Both the position numbers and the translations under genes were made by a program. The notes under the pieces were generated by a model. That model did not search any database. It was not told the DNA's origin and worked only from the letters and a program-made list of their open reading frames with translations. From NCBI GenBank assembly GCA_021432655.1, contig MU271628.1, positions 1 through 37,915 on the forward strand: a DNA stretch of 37,915 nt, in the 5' to 3' direction. Source of the stretch: Atractiella rhizophila. Its lineage: Eukaryota. The first letter of the stretch is position 1. Each line of letters starts with the position of its first letter. Below are positions 27,666 to 37,915 of the stretch, one piece after another.

Positions 27666-27889
27666 CGCCCCGCAACTCTGCTTTGTGGTTTTGGTATTCC
27701 TTGGTGGTGCAGTCGCCCCGACCCGTTTACCTAGCGCACAGAGATTGCGGATGCCTGTTAGGCAGGACGGAACTTCTTGAAGGAGAGGCGATCCTGTCGT
27801 CCTCGCAGTGGTCGTTCGATGGGAGCAGCTGGGTGAGCTTTGTGACTGCTGGAGTGAGCTGGATGAGAGACGGACCAAAGAGAAGTATA
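27666..27889 (+). repeat. Paralogous copy of 20458-20695 (3' flank carried in the ABC tandem duplication)
   Basis: Shared blocks GCCCCGCAACTCTGCT, GATGCCTGTTAGG, GGAGAGGCGATCCTGTCGTCCTCGCAGTGGTCGTTCGATGGG and GAGAAGTATA at an offset of about 7.2 kb. Confidence 0.85.
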
Positions 27890-28288
27890 GCCTGCGAATT
27901 CCCATACCTGTCTGCTGAGGTCGCCTTCTTTGCCGTGGTTTCAAGTTGGTGATTGCGCTGCCTCTTATAATGAAGCACGAATAATGTTCCGAGCTAGACC
28001 TCCCACTTTCACCAGCGCTGAATCATCCCAGCGAGCTTCGTCTTGAGAATTGAAAGCTGGATGATGTGCATAGGTTCTGGCCTCTTCTGGTCACGGTCAC
28101 CATTGCCGTTGTCGTAATCAGCTTCATCATCCCCTACCGAAGCAGACAAAATACCCGAAGCAAACAAAAAGGCGCAATGGGGTAGAGCTGGATGGTATAA
28201 ATATCCTTGCAAGGGAAGCCAGTTTTATTTCGAATTCCTTGAAACCATCAATCGTACTTTTAGCCATCATCCAGCAGGGGGACGAAAA

Positions 28289-34484
<6,196 letters not shown>

Positions 34485-35495
34485 CCTGGCTATCTAATAC
34501 CCCTGCAAATACTCTGACCTCGATATTGCTGGTATGGCCAACTTGGAGGACGTTGGAGGATTTTGTGATTTTCAGGTCTAAAAACAACGACAGGAGGCAA
34601 GTCACCAAGTCACGAGCTTGATTGCAGCCGTGACAGTTGTTCAGTTGTTCAGTTGTTCAGCGGGTGTTCTGCGGTGTGCGGTGTCGATATGCTATCCCGC
34701 TTCTAGTTATCCTTCCCAGTACCTTCTGTACCGGGGTTAGGAGTCACGCTAGAATGTCCAAATGGATGAGGGCAGGACAGCTCCTTTTATATGGCGCAAG
34801 TGGATCGATCACTGGCCGAACGTCGAACCGCCCGTTTGCTCAGGCTGCGAAGGTCGCGAATGGCGCGTAGGGATTGGCTCTCACCTATTTATCTGTCGAG
34901 TGTGTTAGACTGCAATACGGGACAAGTACAGATTCCCGCCGTTCTTCTCTGTCCATCGATGTTTAATATGTCTTATTTCTGTATGACCATTTCTGCTGCT
35001 GCTGGATGCCCGCTGAGCTTGTCTTCCCTCTGTGCTCACAGTTGCATCCAGTTAAGTTCGGTATATGATGATTAACTCCACTCTTCCTTCTCGCGCATTC
35101 AAGTTAGGAATATTGAGACGGTGGATGTCAGGCGAACGTCAGAGCCTCCTCCAACCAATGGAACATTAGCTGACCAGCTGGCAAACTGTGCACCTACGTG
35201 CCCAAGGTGATACCACCGAAGTAACTTTGGTTTTTGGGCTGTTGGGAGTCGAACGACACTGATCGCATCATCAGCTAATCTAATTCCGAAACATGCCACA
35301 TGCCTCCCCATCCGTTCAAACATCCACCCCGTGCGTCCCCTTTACGGCCTTAAAGTTTATAGGAGCATGACTGATTGCGTGAATCCATCTTCAAGTTCTT
35401 TACTCCTGATGCAACATCCATGCCTATTGCTCTCACACTCGTAAAAGTACACACATCCGAGATTTCATGACTTCGTTGACCAAGAACAAACACGT

Positions 35496-36146
35496 TCAAA
35501 CTTGCCTGAACATCCGACTATCGATCAGCGTGATTTTGAATAAGAAGGAACAGAGCAGACACACTTCATCACTTCTCCCTCTCCCACAGCACGTTGCAGC
35601 GCCTCCGTCCTCTTCTCAAAGTCCTTCCTCATCCTCCTTCTTTGTACGAATACGCCAGCGATGAGCTATCCGTCGAACAGGCATCAGCGCTGCGTCCGAA
35701 AGCGCAGTAGATGGGACACGCACGCCAAAGATCAAGCCCAGACCCAACCCTAAACCCAGCCCGAGACCAAGCGCTAGCTTCTCGTTTCCGTCGTTCGAAG
35801 AAGCCGCAGAACTGGAGGGGGAAGAAGTGGTCCATCCAACGACGCTCCAACCGTCCCCGGCCTCAGCTACAGTGCTCCATCCCTGATCTGAGACCCCGAC
35901 GCCACTCTGAACAGCTGATACCGTGCTCCATCCCACGGAGGAGAGGTCGTTCAAAGGAGAGGTTGGCACTGGGACGACAGTGGAAGCGACGGGACTCAAA
36001 TCCCCAATTGTGGACGCTGTCACCACGCATTGATGTTAGGATGAGGATGAAGACACAAAGGCAGGCAAAAATCACTCACCGTCTTGAGCTTTCACAAGCA
36101 GGACCTGCAAGAAGAGGAGGAGGATTGAAAATGCGCGAAAGAGCAT
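35496..36146 (-). CDS. Small type-I single-pass membrane protein (signal peptide, Ser/Thr-rich ectodomain, Leu-Gly TM, basic stop-transfer)
   Basis: Spliced model: MLFRAFSILLLFLQVLLVKAQD|ASTIGDLSPVASTVVPVPTS...GWSTV...SSSAASSNDGNEKLALGLGLGLGLGLGLIFG|LIAGVFVQRRRMRKDFEKRTEALQRAVGEGEVMK|QV*. Three short GT-AG introns keep the frame; the last exon is least certain. Confidence 0.72.
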
Positions 36147-37915
36147 GATCCCGCTTCTTCAATATTTCACACCGCCAAATTTAAATTGAAATGGGCGAGT
36201 TGTGCAGCAGAGATCTCGAGAAGGGAGACCTGAAGAGAGCTTCTGAGGCAGCTTCTTCTTATACCCACCGGTCCCAATTGATAAGGTTGTTATGGCGCAA
36301 GAACGAACCTGGCGCAGTCCATCCTGTTGACAAGCGGGGATTCAAGATTTGGAAGGATGGACCGCAACAAAGTGGGGGACAAAGAGAAGAAGCTGAGCAT
36401 GTGGGAGCGCGAGGAAGTCGATTTCATGCTCTCCGCTCGCCTCGATGAATGCGGCCAGACCAGTGCTGAGAGAAATGAGCGTGCTCCACTCAGAACGTAT
36501 TGTCACCCGGATCCAACAACAAACGTAGTCGCATCTGAAACAATTTTTTCAACTAGAGGAAGTTGCAATTTCCAACATTGAGGAGCAGAATTCATTGCGC
36601 TAAGACGCAATGAGAAGCTAATCCACAAAACCTCTGAGAAGGGCATGGAGGAAAGCAAGGTAAACGAGAGGAGAGAATCTCTGTCCGACAGTTCAGACTC
36701 TGACGCTGAGTTGCCACGGTTGAGTTTTCAACAGACTATTCACTCTATCAGCCGCCTATCCTCAATGTAATGAAATCGTGCTTGCAAAACCATTTGCTTC
36801 CTTGATAGAGCCGAACATGCAAATTAATCAAGGATTGAGCAAATGTCTGATGAGCTTTTTATGCCAGCCAAATGACAAAATCACTCCAGGAGCTGAGGCC
36901 ACCGAGGCTAACAATATTATGACATGGCAATGACACTTATTGAATACAATGAGCATGCGTAACATTGATGGATGCTCGAAGTTGCTCATGTGCGGACACT
37001 GCCAAAGTAAAATCTCCACGATCCAATGGTATTTTGATGGGCATATATGTGAAGCGATTTGCTTGTGCTTGGAAGCGCCAAAACTCCAGCAACTGCTCGC
37101 AAAAATGGTCGAATGGTTGGTAGTCCATGGGATGTCGTCGATGGAACTTGAATTGCATCCATCAAAATCTGAAAGGAGGTACAAAAAATCGCATGAAAAA
37201 CAGTTGACCAACATTACAATAAGCGTCAGTAGATGAAAAGGTGCACGACCCACACGACCTTCAAGGTATGATTGATATTGTACTAGTTTGAAGCAACAGC
37301 CTACCCTGAATTTACCATGGCACCCTCTGACATAACGTTTCCAAGTTATGATACTTCAGTCAGGCTGTTCGCACAGTTGTCATCAGCGATTCCCATCTCT
37401 CAAACTTGGAAGTCAGAGGCACAAAGCTTAAGCTCGCATGTGTTCAACTTGAAGGATCGAGTTAAAATCAGCACAACACTTGATCTCAAGTTTGCAAGTG
37501 AATCGCCCCTTTGTCTGTAGCGGCATGTTACTCGTTCCTGAGGAACATGATCTAAATCTGCAACACACATCTACAACGAACTGAAAGTCAAAGAACAGGT
37601 ACGAGCTCTAGGTAATGTGCACACAGCGAAGAACATGACGGTGGTCCAGAACAGGTCTACAACATCTATCAACAAGTTGAAGCTTCTTATTGAGATCCAA
37701 TGAAGGGGTATTAAAGCGGATACAAGGAACTCCAATGAAAAATTATACAATCTGGAAGTTAACAGATATCAGTATAATCAAGTCCAAGGGAAACGATACG
37801 GTAACCTCATGTAAACCACTCCCCTGGCTTCACAAAGCTCCTCCATCTCCATCTCCCAGTCCTCCTCTTGTCTTTGATGTAAGATCGTCAACCGCCTCAA
37901 CTCTTTCATCAATCC

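Noticed and set aside
36340..37915. Possible decayed F-box/LRR-like gene on the plus strand
   Set aside because: Only a vague Leu-rich impression, with many stops and no diagnostic motif; cannot be supported without a profile search.

Overview
Intron-rich eukaryotic DNA, most consistent with a basidiomycete fungus (short ~45-70 nt GT-AG introns). The first ~15 kb is a nested transposon cluster. It holds the 5' end of a Ty1/Copia element (minus strand) and a chimeric three-LTR Ty3/Gypsy chromovirus array (gag remnant, antisense gene, decayed pol with chromodomain). It also holds a solo LTR split by a ~290 bp insert, which is itself split by a complete 4.1 kb hAT transposon (TIRs, 8-bp TSD), and a second solo LTR. 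The rest is host-gene-like: a strongly divergent but apparently intact cullin, two tandem ABCC/MRP transporters (one a pseudogene, the pair sharing a ~1.95 kb near-identical tract), and a small Ser/Thr-rich single-pass membrane protein. The main observation is that the unrelated Copia and Gypsy LTRs share one architecture: TATA-like box, then a hairpin whose 3' arm is a ~30 nt repeat ending in AG, then GT(G/T)AGT and ~15 nt, then a second copy of the repeat ending in AG. This looks like a ~50 nt spliceosomal intron inside the LTR, built so that minus-strand transfer could regenerate it at each retrotransposition. That mechanism is an inference and is testable. All alignments were done by eye.
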